From Phycisphaerales bacterium (GTDB taxonomy: Bacteria > Planctomycetota > Phycisphaerae > Phycisphaerales > UBA1924), in the NCBI GenBank assembly GCA_965227775.1, contig OZ245777.1, positions 2,752,001-2,816,000 on the forward strand: a stretch of 64,000 nucleotides of DNA. The letters run 5' to 3'. A program made the translations under genes and the position numbers. Below are positions 47,101-55,347 of the stretch, piece by piece. Every line of letters begins with the position of its first letter. The stretch's first letter is position 1. The notes below the pieces were generated by a model. It was not told where the DNA came from. It saw only the letters and a list, made by a program, of their open reading frames with translations, and ran no database searches.

Positions 47101-48091
47101 GCAGCAACCTCAGAAGCACCTCGGCGGCCGCCCGCGCCGCGAACGGCCTGAACCCACGATGACGCTCTGGCTCGGCGTGGTCCATCACGCCCTTGACGAC
47201 GATGTGGTGCCGCACGTCCTGGAGCTTAGCGACCAGGCCGATGACCGAGGCCTCCATCTCCAAACCGGCCACAAGACGCTTCTGATCAGCCAGGCGGTCC
47301 CAGATATCGACGTCACGCACGAGATTCGCACCGGTGCCGATGGGCTTGACCTGGATTCGCCAGGCCTCTTGGGTCGGAAGCGAGCCGGCGTTGTCGATGA
47401 GGGCCGCCTCGATGCGTTCTCGGCCCGCGTCGGTGAGCGTGAGCCTGCCGCTCTGGAGAGCGACCTCGGGCACGTCTCCGGTGCGAAGCGCCGGCACAAC
47501 TTCTCCCCAATCCGGGCAGAGCATTTTCCTCTGGGCGTGCTGCATCGGGTCGCGACCCTCGTAGCACTCGCGCAAGACCCAAAGGGCTTGGAGTTGCCTG
47601 TCTAGCGGGCGCTCGTTCAGCCATGCAGGTTGCGGCTTGAAGATCAGTTCTTCCGCGCAACGCTTCCACGACGGCCGAAGGTTGTACGACACGCCCTCGG
47701 CACGATACTTCGGTGCTTTGCCGGGCTCGGTGTTCTCTTGCTCACCCTCGTCGTACCGCCAGAGCTGGTCGGCCACGATCACGTCACCTAGACACGTCCA
47801 GCCCGGTCGCCCGGCGCAGACCCCGCTCATCGCCACGCACTGGGGCCTGAAGAAGGCAACGAGCTGCGCCGCGGCATTCATCGCGGCGTCCGTGCCCATC
47901 TTGAACGGGCGGCACAGCACCACTCGCAGCGGCTTCCCGTTCCGGGTCTCAAAGTCTCTCGCATGCAACGGCAGCTGGAAGCCGTCAGGACCGTCGACGG
48001 CAGTCCAGCTGCCGATGCCACCTTCGACCACCTGGCGAACGGCGTCGTCTTCTCCCTCAGCGGCCGTGATGATAACGACATCGATTCCCAC
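44177..48091 (-). CDS. NLR/STAND-like protein: PNP/MTA-SAH nucleosidase domain + P-loop NTPase + TPR repeats (putative defence protein)
   Basis: GTG 48091 with GGAGG SD; DVVIITA, MSGVCAG, LGDVIVAD, GLEMEA, VVKGVMDHA; GQGGAGKT, IVVDYAE; ten 46-aa TPR units. Confidence 0.88.
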   Translation of the reverse strand: MGIDVVIITAAEGEDDAVRQVVEGGIGSWTAVDGPDGFQLPLHARDFETRNGKPLRVVLCRPFKMGTDAAMNAAAQLVAFFRPQCVAMSGVCAGRPGWTCLGDVIVADQLWRYDEGEQENTEPGKAPKYRAEGVSYNLRPSWKRCAEELIFKPQPAWLNERPLDRQLQALWVLRECYEGRDPMQHAQRKMLCPDWGEVVPALRTGDVPEVALQSGRLTLTDAGRERIEAALIDNAGSLPTQEAWRIQVKPIGTGANLVRDVDIWDRLADQKRLVAGLEMEASVIGLVAKLQDVRHHIVVKGVMDHAEPERHRGFRPFAARAAAEVLLRLLRENLEPRGRERILREGTSPLPEAFSPASLLVARHRVVEFVPEVHEQAIAHLESWRSTEGNGDIVRVVLGQGGAGKTRLMVEWGQQLRDQGWNAGFLRDNAPVGDIDGVLDDPRPACIVVDYAEVRTTLPMLLDHIDRRLEQRGAQPLRIALLARNEGEWLQAVDKAMGPCPRLHLPPMSLEGDARGDLFAKAVSAFAQRQGKPTPATTPDLGHENFGRPLYVSAAALAAVEGLAIEPVSLLDEIVVHERRVWMHRAGPEAGSDVEMQEFADGAARLVAAITLRGGVDDRERAEALAERVGAPGSAFLRVLHGLYPGDRSAPNPPYIGSLEPDLLGESLVASVLASPHSPVSFLPDAAIDATEQELSNAFVVLGRLAWRGHDRAAAWAERLLDTNVQRCAQPLIEAVLTLGRETAFSTLANLLTDRLEAIDEAWTLPVAVATNDLIPEQTVALRRYAVWALQRLLDSDLDDQGRAALLNDLGNRLSDLGRREDALAATRESVDHYRTLAATRPDAFLPDLAMSLNNLGNSLGALGHREDALAASRESVDHYQTLTAARPDVFLPYLAASLNNLGNRLSDLGHREDALAAARDSVDHYRTLAATRPDAFLPVLALSLNNLGARLSYLGHREDALAATREAVDVGRNLAAARPDAFLPDLAASLNNLGAMLSDLGHREDGLAATQEAVDHYRTLAATRPDAFMPDLAMSLNNLGNRLSDLGRREDALAATRESVDHYRTLAATRPDAFLPDLAMSLNNLGSILSDLGHREDALAAARDSVDHYRTLAATRPDAFLPDLAMSLNNLGTRLSALGHREDALTATREAVDHFRALAAARPDAFLPDLASSVNNLGNRLSALGHREDALAATREAVDHYRTLAAARPDAFLPDLASSVNNLGGRLRDLGRNEDALAAAQESVTLSVGLTDALPSVFGEKLGSRLSNLFRLHKKAGTRPEDDPVVHSAIECLMRHGLLKKDE
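44306..45685 (-). repeat. Ten 138-bp coding tandem repeats (TPR)
   Basis: aggttgttca recurs at 138-bp spacing (e.g. 44421, 44559); unit LAMSLNNLGNRLSDLGRREDALAATRESVDHYRTLAATRPDAFLPD. Confidence 0.95.
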
Positions 48092-48281
48092 AGGACCCCT
48101 CCGATTGCTCGAAGCGTACCTTGGCATTTGTGGCAAGTCTTTCTTCGGGCTGGCAAAAGTCCAGCCCCCCTCTTTCAGGGGATGCGACGTCGACTTTCTT
48201 GGTTTCCAAGCCGCCCGGCGCCTTCTTGTAACAAAGCACCGGCAAACGTGATAATCTCCATTCGTTTGAGACTGAAACAAG

Positions 48282-48665
48282 ATGGAACCTCGCAACGCCA
48301 AGCAAGCAGCTTCAATCCTCCGACTCATCTCGCAGGGCCACGGGTACGCGCAGATCGTCGATCGCTTGCCCGGCGTGACCTACAACGACATCTTCGCTGC
48401 CGCCGGCGAGGCCCTCGCGGCAATGGAGAGCGGCGGCACGCACACCAGCTACGTCGAAACCGTCCGACAGACGCACCAACGGGCCTACAAGCCGTGGGAC
48501 GACGAGGAGGACACCGAGCTCATCGGGCTACATCAAGAGGGCTGGACTAACCGGAAGATTGCCGAACACCTTGGTCGGCAGACTGGCGCGATCTCGTCAA
48601 GGATCAGCAAGCTGGGGCTCAGGAGGAGTGAGTCGCCGCACGATCCGACCGCTAGACCGATCTAA
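48282..48665 (+). CDS. Small protein with DUF433-like N-terminus and C-terminal HTH
   Basis: ILRLISQGHGYAQIVDRLPGVTYNDIFAA; AYKPWDDEED..L..LHQEGWTNRKIAEHLGRQTGAISSRISKLGL. Confidence 0.72.
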   Translation: MEPRNAKQAASILRLISQGHGYAQIVDRLPGVTYNDIFAAAGEALAAMESGGTHTSYVETVRQTHQRAYKPWDDEEDTELIGLHQEGWTNRKIAEHLGRQTGAISSRISKLGLRRSESPHDPTARPI

Positions 48666-48740
48666 TCACCCTTTCCCGAAACCTCCGCATCGCCTCAACG
48701 TTCAGCGCCAACCGCTCGGGTAGCCGACGCCCCGTGCCAG

Positions 48741-48858
48741 GCGCCAACGCTCTCGCACGCTTGGGTCGACGGAGCAATGCCCCCATCAGCCTCGAAACGC
48801 CTTGACAGCCCTCTGCTGGGAGGGGGGGAACGAGTGAGACGCCCTCGGCCCCGACGCA
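48741..48858 (-). repeat. Imperfect inverted repeat R3, right copy
   Basis: Reverse complement similar to 43897..44002. Confidence 0.65.
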
Positions 48859-49195
48859 CGCTCCCGAGACCGCACGACGGCACCTCTCGACACAGTTCCG
48901 GCTAGTCCACCGCACTCGTCCATTCCGTTTCCGATTGCGAGAACATGGGTCGCGGCCCCACATGACCCGTCGTTGACCGTACCCCATCGTGCGTGAGTGC
49001 CGAGACGATGTGGTCCAAGCTGATCCATGTCGCGATTCCCATCCCCTAAATCGGGGATTTTGAAAGACCTGCGCGCAAAACACTGAATCCCGATCAAGAT
49101 CAACGCGATACCCGCTTCCAGCCGGGCGGCGTGGTTGCCCGCGAGTGCAGGAACCCGCCCTGGACCACATTCCAAGGCAACCAAAGGAGGCGGCT

Positions 49196-49882
49196 ATGTC
49201 CCGGACCCCGAACAGCGATTCGCAATTCGTCACCTGGGCCAGCGACCACGTCACCGTCTGGGCCGGCAACGGAACCCCGCCCAACATCGGCCTGACCACC
49301 GAGCAGGTCGCCGCCGCCCAGGCGCTCGTCGACGACGCCGAGAGCAAGCTCGACGCCCAGCGCGCGGCGCGAGACGCCGCCAAGGCCGCGACCGCCGAGA
49401 AGGACACCAGCGTCGACGCCCTGCGCGCCGCCATCGGCGGGCTCATCGGCATCATCGACGGCTACGCCAAGAACACCGCCGACCCGGACGTCTACGCCCG
49501 GGCCCAGATCGATGCGCCCAGGCCCGCCGCCCCGCGCACCGATGCGCCCACCCCCACCGACGTGCAGGCCTCGCTCCTCAACGACGGCACCGTCGAGTTC
49601 CGCTTCCGCGTGGCCAGCGGCGGCGGCGCCGTGTACCTCGTCCAGCGGCAGACCGTCTCGGCGACCGGCGAGGAGGGCCAGTTCGAGAACATCGGCCAGG
49701 CGGACGACCTCAAGCGCTACTTCGACACCAGCGTGCCGACCGGCGTCCGCTCGGTCTCCTACCGCGCCCAGACGCGCCTGACCAACGGCGAGCTGAGCGA
49801 CTGGTCCGAGACGGCAACGGTCCGCTTCGGCACCGGTGCCGGCACCGGCAGCGCCGCCACCGGCGAGTCAAAGGCCGCGTAA
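49196..49882 (+). CDS. Hypothetical protein: helical/coiled-coil N-domain + fibronectin-III-like beta domain
   Basis: AAAGGAGG SD; strong C/G third-position bias; PTDVQA...VEFRF...YLVQR...YFDTSVP...SYRAQ...SDWSE; no signal peptide. Confidence 0.8.
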   Translation: MSRTPNSDSQFVTWASDHVTVWAGNGTPPNIGLTTEQVAAAQALVDDAESKLDAQRAARDAAKAATAEKDTSVDALRAAIGGLIGIIDGYAKNTADPDVYARAQIDAPRPAAPRTDAPTPTDVQASLLNDGTVEFRFRVASGGGAVYLVQRQTVSATGEEGQFENIGQADDLKRYFDTSVPTGVRSVSYRAQTRLTNGELSDWSETATVRFGTGAGTGSAATGESKAA

Positions 49883-49910
49883 GCGCGAAAGCGACAATCC
49901 AATTTCTCAC

Positions 49911-49938
49911 GCGGGCCCGACGGGGCCCGCTTTTCGTT
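49911..49938 (+). terminator. Intrinsic terminator
   Basis: gcgggccc-gacg-gggcccgc followed by ttttcgtt. Confidence 0.8.
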
Positions 49939-49959
49939 ACGCTGGCCGTACGCTGTGCC

Positions 49960-50616
49960 ATGCCCCCACCCGCATCCGCTCCCATCATCATCGCCACCGC
50001 CAACCCCGGCAAAGTCGCCGAGTTGCGGCCGATCTTCGCCGAGCTGGGCATCGAGGTCGTCGGGCTGAAAGACCTCGACACCCCAACCACCGAGCCGGAA
50101 GAAACCGGCGACACGTTCGAGGCCAACGCGACCATCAAGGCCATCGCCTACGCCAGGCAGACCGGCACACGCTGCCTGGCCGACGACTCGGGGCTGGTCG
50201 TCGAGGCGCTCGGGGGCGCGCCGGGCGTGATCTCGAGCCATTACAGCACGGATGGCAAGGATGACCCGCGGCCACGCGGCGAGCGCGATGCGGCGAACAA
50301 CGCGCGGCTGCTGCGCGAGCTGGAGGGCGTGCCCGATGAGCAGCGCACGGCGCGGTTTGTGTGCGTCATGGTGCTGGCCGATGCGCAGGGCAACGTCCTG
50401 GCAACCAGCGAGGGCGCGTTCGAGGGGCGCATCGGGCATGCGCCGCGGGGCGAGGGCGGGTTCGGCTACGACCCGTTGTTCCTGGTTCGTGACGATCCGG
50501 TGGCGCCCGCATTCGACCGCACGAGCGCCCAGATGCCTCCGAACGAGAAGAACGCCATCAGCCACCGGGCCCAGGCCGCGCACCGCATGGCCGACGCCAT
50601 CGCAGCGCTACGGTAA
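49960..50616 (+). CDS. rdgB: Non-canonical purine NTP pyrophosphatase (Ham1 family)
   Basis: ATANPGK, EETGDTFEANA.IKA, ADDSGL, GFGYDPLF, KNAISHR. Confidence 0.95.
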   Translation: MPPPASAPIIIATANPGKVAELRPIFAELGIEVVGLKDLDTPTTEPEETGDTFEANATIKAIAYARQTGTRCLADDSGLVVEALGGAPGVISSHYSTDGKDDPRPRGERDAANNARLLRELEGVPDEQRTARFVCVMVLADAQGNVLATSEGAFEGRIGHAPRGEGGFGYDPLFLVRDDPVAPAFDRTSAQMPPNEKNAISHRAQAAHRMADAIAALR

Positions 50617-50619
50617 ACC

Positions 50620-51561
50620 ATGACCGACCCGATCATTACGGGCGTGCACCACGTCACCGCGCTGGCCAAGAGCCCGCGCGGCAACCTGGATTTCTATCGC
50701 CGCGTGCTGGGCATGCGCTTCGTCAAGCGCACCGTCAACCACGACGACCCGATGACGTACCACCTCTACTACGCGGACGCGGCCGGCTCGCCCGGCAGCG
50801 TGCTGACCCACTTCCCCCACCCCCACGCGGCGCGGGCCCGCCACGGCTCGGGCGAGATCCGGCGGACGATCCTGGCCGTGCCCGAGGGCGCGCTGGGTAT
50901 CTGGCGCGAGCGGCTGGTTGCGCACGAGGTGGAGTTCACGGAGACAGCGCGCTTCGGTGACACGCGGCTGGAGTTCGAGGACCCCGACGGCATGGAGCTG
51001 GGCATCTGCGAGGCGGACGTTGCCGACGCCGGCGAGCCTTGGGTCGAGGGCGGCGTCGACGCCCAAAACGCGATCAGGACGGTGGACGCCGTCACGCTGA
51101 ACGTGCGCGATGCGGGCGAGACCAGCGACTTCCTGCGCTCGGCCCTCGGCTTTGCATCCGCCGAGGCAGAGAACGGCACGCAGCGCCTCACGCTGCTCGA
51201 TGGCGCGCCCGGCCGGCGGCTCGACCTCGTCGAGGATGCCAGCGACCAGAACCCGATGGGCGCCGGCACGGTGCACCACGTTGCCTGGCGCGTTGCCGAC
51301 GACGAGGCGCTGCTGGCGGTCGCCGACCGGCTCGCCACGCACAACGTGGCGGCGACGCCGGTCATCGACCGCGTGTACTTCCACTCGATCTACTTCCGCG
51401 TGCCGGGGCGCGTGATCTTCGAGATCGCGACCGATGGCCCGGGATTCGACGCCGACGAGCCGATGGCGGAATTGGGATCGAAGCTCGTGCTGCCACCTCA
51501 GCACGAGCCGCGGCGCGACGAGATCGAGGCGCACCTGCTGCCGCTTGACGGAGAACAGTGA
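50620..51561 (+). CDS. Ring-cleaving dioxygenase (two-domain VOC, MhqO-like)
   Basis: GVHHVTA, VKRTVNHDD..TYHLYY, GTVHHVAW, DRVYFHSIYF, FEIATDGPGF. Confidence 0.92.
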   Translation: MTDPIITGVHHVTALAKSPRGNLDFYRRVLGMRFVKRTVNHDDPMTYHLYYADAAGSPGSVLTHFPHPHAARARHGSGEIRRTILAVPEGALGIWRERLVAHEVEFTETARFGDTRLEFEDPDGMELGICEADVADAGEPWVEGGVDAQNAIRTVDAVTLNVRDAGETSDFLRSALGFASAEAENGTQRLTLLDGAPGRRLDLVEDASDQNPMGAGTVHHVAWRVADDEALLAVADRLATHNVAATPVIDRVYFHSIYFRVPGRVIFEIATDGPGFDADEPMAELGSKLVLPPQHEPRRDEIEAHLLPLDGEQ

Positions 51562-51564
51562 CGC

Positions 51565-52281
51565 ATGAACGCGACGGCTGGAGATCATTCCGGCGACCAG
51601 TTCGATACCTCGCTCGAGACCCCGCCGCACGCCGGCGGCGCCGTGTTGCACGCGGGCGCCGCGCCCCAAGACGCGACCATCGCGATGATCATGCTGCACG
51701 GCCGCGGCGCGGGGCCAGAGGACGTGCTTGCGCTTGCCAACGCGTACCGGCTCGACGGCGTGTGCTACCTCGCCCCCACCGCCAGCGACCTGCCAAGCGA
51801 GAAGCACTCGTGGTATCCCCAGCCGTTCACGATGGACTTCGACAAGAACGAGCCATTCATAGAGAGCGCGTTCTCCGTGATCGAGTCACTGCTCAGCCAG
51901 CTCGCCAGGCTGGGCCTGCCGCCCGAGCGCTGCGTGCTGGGCGGCTTCTCGCAGGGCGCGTGCCTGGTGACGCACTTCGCCTACCGCTACCCGCGCCGCT
52001 ACGGCATGATCGTCGGCTACAGCGGCGGCCTGATTGGCAACCACAAGCACGTCTTCCAGCCGCACGGCGACCTCGAGGGCACACCGGTCGATCTCTCCAG
52101 CGGCGAGCGCGACCCACGCGTCACGTGGCCGCGTGTCGAGCAGACCGCTCGAGTCTTGCGTGCCATGAATGCCGAGGTCGCGCTCCAGAGCTACCCCGAC
52201 CTGCCGCACACGATCTGCCGCGAGCAGGTCGAGAAGACCCGCGAGCGGTTGTTGAATCTCATCGAGCACGTCACGAAGTGA
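51565..52281 (+). CDS. Phospholipase/carboxylesterase (alpha/beta hydrolase)
   Basis: LHGRG, SWYP, GFSQGA, GERDP, HTI. Confidence 0.9.
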   Translation: MNATAGDHSGDQFDTSLETPPHAGGAVLHAGAAPQDATIAMIMLHGRGAGPEDVLALANAYRLDGVCYLAPTASDLPSEKHSWYPQPFTMDFDKNEPFIESAFSVIESLLSQLARLGLPPERCVLGGFSQGACLVTHFAYRYPRRYGMIVGYSGGLIGNHKHVFQPHGDLEGTPVDLSSGERDPRVTWPRVEQTARVLRAMNAEVALQSYPDLPHTICREQVEKTRERLLNLIEHVTK

Positions 52282-52328
52282 CCGCGTGAAGGAAGCGGTC
52301 GCGGCGGCCGTACCATCGCACGAACCAC

Positions 52329-52414
52329 GGGCCTGTGGCGAAATCGGCAGACGCGGCGGACTTAAAATCCGCTTGGAGGAAACTCCAGTGTGGGTTCGAG
52401 TCCCACCGGGCCCA
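52329..52414 (+). tRNA. tRNA-Leu (anticodon TAA)
   Basis: Acceptor GGGCCTG/CGGGCCC + A; anticodon arm gcgga-ctTAAaa-tccgc; long variable arm tggag-gaaa-ctcca; GGTTCGAGTCC; CCA not encoded. Confidence 0.96.
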
Positions 52415-52554
52415 TTCAACGGCACTTCGACCAACAACCGACAAACGACAGGCACGCGCGCCCATCGCCGGAACCCCATCCGCCGGCGGGCTATCGTGCC
52501 CCGTTCACCCATCCCAGGCCGATTTGGGCGGCCGATCTGCAGGGGGCTTTCGGC

Positions 52555-53373
52555 ATGAACAATCTCAAGGGCCACTTCGTGCTCATCGGCGTCGCGATCG
52601 TTGGCGTCGCGCTCATCCTGGTTGCCATCCTCATGCCGCCCGGCGAGGTGCCCCTGCCCGAAGAGCAGCAGGAGACGGCCCAGGGCGAAACCGGCGACAC
52701 GGGTACCAGCGACACTGGTGACCAATCGACGCCGGCTCCACAGATCCAGCCCGCCGACGAGCCCGCCCACGTGCGGCTGCTCCGCGCTGCGGCGGCCGGC
52801 GACATCGCAACTATCGAAAGCCTGACCGGCATGGGCGTCCGCGCCGACGCAGCTGCAAGCCAGGCCGATGTCGACGCCATGACCTCGCCCCAATTGGAAG
52901 TCGGCATGACGGCGCTCATGGTCGCGGCCCGCGACGGCGACGAGCGGACCGTGATGGCGCTGCTCGAGGCCGGGGCCGACGCGAACCTGCAGTCGAGTTC
53001 CGGCATCACCCCGCTGATGCTCGCATCGGAGCGTGCCGAGTCGGGCGGTGTTGTCACGCTCTTGGGAGCCGGGGCAGATCCCTCGATCCAGGACAATCGC
53101 GGACGTACGGCCCTGATCTACGCCGCTCGCAGCGGGGCGCATGGCTCGGCGGCCTTAATGCTCGAGGCGGGGGCAGAGGTAGACCACGCCGACAACGACG
53201 GAGCAACGGCCCTCATGCACGCCGCGGGCGCCCAGCACCTCGAGGCCGTCCTGGTCCTGCTCGGCGGCGGCGCGAACATCGAGGCCGTTGATACCAGTGG
53301 CCGTGGCGCCATGGATCGGGCGGGCTCGAGCGGCCCCATCGCCGACATGCTTCGCGAGGCAGCAGGCGGGTGA
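52555..53373 (+). CDS. Membrane-anchored ankyrin-repeat protein
   Basis: N-terminal TM; G.TALM.AA..G...LLEAGAD.N repeats. Confidence 0.9.
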   Translation: MNNLKGHFVLIGVAIVGVALILVAILMPPGEVPLPEEQQETAQGETGDTGTSDTGDQSTPAPQIQPADEPAHVRLLRAAAAGDIATIESLTGMGVRADAAASQADVDAMTSPQLEVGMTALMVAARDGDERTVMALLEAGADANLQSSSGITPLMLASERAESGGVVTLLGAGADPSIQDNRGRTALIYAARSGAHGSAALMLEAGAEVDHADNDGATALMHAAGAQHLEAVLVLLGGGANIEAVDTSGRGAMDRAGSSGPIADMLREAAGG

Positions 53374-53430
53374 GGATCGGCGACCCATAGCTGGAGGCCG
53401 GACGCCCGACCGGCCGATATGGGGCCACCG

Positions 53431-53853
53431 ATGGCTGACGTCTCAGGCGTAACCGGACACAACCCGCTCGCCGCCCTGCAGGGTGCGACGCGGGCGCTCC
53501 GCGTATCGCCGGCTTCACCGAACGCCATCCGGACGAACCAGCCGGCCGACGTCATCAGCTTTACGAAGGCCGCTGAGCGGCTCAGCCAGGCGAAAACCCA
53601 GACTCAGGGTATCCAGGCGTCGCCATCGACGTACGGCGTCCCGGGCCTGCAGGCGACCACCCCTTCGGCTGCCCAGCGTGAGATGGGCAAGCTGGTCGCC
53701 GCACGCGTTGACGCGCCAATGGACTACGTCTCGGGCCAAGTCCAGGGCCGCAACGGCTCGCTGCCGTTCTACACGAACCCAGCGCTGGCCAACAGCGCCG
53801 CCACGAGCACCAGCGTCGCGCGCCTGGGCACGTCGATCGACACGACCGGCTGA
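53431..53853 (+). CDS. Hypothetical protein
   Basis: Fills the intergenic gap with coding-like bias; DVISFTKAAERLSQ; ends LGTSIDTTG. Confidence 0.65.
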   Translation: MADVSGVTGHNPLAALQGATRALRVSPASPNAIRTNQPADVISFTKAAERLSQAKTQTQGIQASPSTYGVPGLQATTPSAAQREMGKLVAARVDAPMDYVSGQVQGRNGSLPFYTNPALANSAATSTSVARLGTSIDTTG

Positions 53854-53872
53854 TTAACTGATCGAACCGGGA

Positions 53873-54481
53873 TCAGCCCCGCAGCCGAATCCACACCCCC
53901 ATCGCTGCAGCGCCGGTGAGATTGCTGACCAGGTCCCAACCGGTGTTCACGTAGCCGCCAACGTTCGTCTCTGGCATCGTGAGTACGGCTACAAACTCAA
54001 CCACTTCGTTGAGCGCGCCGAGCCCGATGCCCATGAGCACGCACGCGACCGCGAGCCCCGTCGTCGCCTTTGGCGTACCGCCGTCGCGCGCGAGCGCCTG
54101 GCGGAGGCACTCCCAGCACACGAGTGTTGCCACGGCGAAGCCGAACGCGTGCAGCGCCTGGTCGTACTTCGGCAGCCACTCCACAGGTCGGAAGTTATAG
54201 AGCACGCCCGCCTCGCCCGCGGGCACGTTGCCACCTGCCAGGTGCAGCACGGCCCAGACGAGCAAGCCCCAGATCGCGGCATGCGAGAGTCCAACCTTGC
54301 GATCAAGCACGAAGACGGCAACCGCCAGGATGACGAGCACCACGCCGTAGAAGATGAACTCGGCGTTGCCGTTCACGATGGCAAAGATCGAGAATCCAAC
54401 GAGCGCAACCGCGAACACGAGGACCGCGATCAGCCTCGTTCGATCCACAACCAACGGCTTCTTCTTGCTATCCATGCCCAT
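53873..54481 (-). CDS. DUF2238-like membrane protein
   Basis: LHLAGG, YDQALHAFG, GALNEVVEF, NTGWDLVSN. Confidence 0.8.
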   Translation of the reverse strand: MGMDSKKKPLVVDRTRLIAVLVFAVALVGFSIFAIVNGNAEFIFYGVVLVILAVAVFVLDRKVGLSHAAIWGLLVWAVLHLAGGNVPAGEAGVLYNFRPVEWLPKYDQALHAFGFAVATLVCWECLRQALARDGGTPKATTGLAVACVLMGIGLGALNEVVEFVAVLTMPETNVGGYVNTGWDLVSNLTGAAAMGVWIRLRG

Positions 54482-54535
54482 GTATCGGCCCGCGGCCGCC
54501 TCCGAGGCAACGAAGGGCTGCCGGGCCGGAAGTCC

Positions 54536-55309
54536 TCAGCTGATGAGGAGCCGCGCAGCCCAAGCGGCGAGCACACCCGCGACCATCTCCGCGTCGTCCT
54601 TGTTCGAGAGCAGATGGTCGGCCTGGCCCAAGCTCACGAAGCTCTTGGGGTGCTTCGCCCAGCCGTAGATCGTCGCGGCGTTGTCGATGCCCACGATGGC
54701 GTCGATCGGCGAGTGGAAGATCATCAGAGCCCGGCGAAGGTTCGCGATCGCCCGCTGCGGGTCTTGCTGCTGCAGGTCCTCGACGAGTCCCGCGCCCACA
54801 CGGAACGGGCGGCCGCCAATGCTGACTTCTGCCGAGCCAGCGGTATGGATCTCTTCGAGCCCGGCATCGAACAGGTGCGTCACGTGCTCGGGGGCGGCCG
54901 GAGCTCCGATCGTCGCCACACCCCGAACGCTCGAGATCTCTTCACTAGCTGTGCCAGCGAGCGCAAGCACCGCGGCGCCGCCCAGGCTGTGGCCTATGAG
55001 CAGGCCCGGTGGCATCCGGTTTGCACCGAGCCAGGCACACGAGGCGCGTAGATCCTGCACGTTGCCGGTAAAGGTCGAGTCGGCGAATTCGCCCTCACTC
55101 TGGCCGAGCCCCGTGAAGTCGACTCGCAACACCCCGACTCCTCGTGCCGCGAGTGATCGAGACACGCGCGACGCGGCGATGGAGTCCTTGGAGCACGTGA
55201 AGCAGTGCGCAAAGAGCGCAAAGGCGATCGCCTCGCCCTCCGGCTCATCGAGCTTGGCGGCGAGTTGCGTGCCGCTGGGGCAGGTGATGCTGTGGTTTGA
55301 GGTGGGCAC
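54536..55309 (-). CDS. Alpha/beta hydrolase (type usually fused to OsmC; OsmC domain absent)
   Basis: FAHCFTCSKD, DFTGLGQSEG, GHSLGG, HSPID, HPKSFVSL..ADHLL. Confidence 0.9.
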   Translation of the reverse strand: MPTSNHSITCPSGTQLAAKLDEPEGEAIAFALFAHCFTCSKDSIAASRVSRSLAARGVGVLRVDFTGLGQSEGEFADSTFTGNVQDLRASCAWLGANRMPPGLLIGHSLGGAAVLALAGTASEEISSVRGVATIGAPAAPEHVTHLFDAGLEEIHTAGSAEVSIGGRPFRVGAGLVEDLQQQDPQRAIANLRRALMIFHSPIDAIVGIDNAATIYGWAKHPKSFVSLGQADHLLSNKDDAEMVAGVLAAWAARLLIS

Positions 55310-55347
55310 GGCTTCTCGCTCCAGTGGGTGGGTCGTGCCAACGAGGC

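Noticed and set aside
52329..52414. tRNA as an island attachment site
   Set aside because: No duplicate of its 3' end noticed and no adjacent integrase.
52329..52414. bldA-like TTA-codon regulation
   Set aside because: TTA codons occur in ordinary genes here (pepP, hutH, hutU), so nothing supports a regulatory role.
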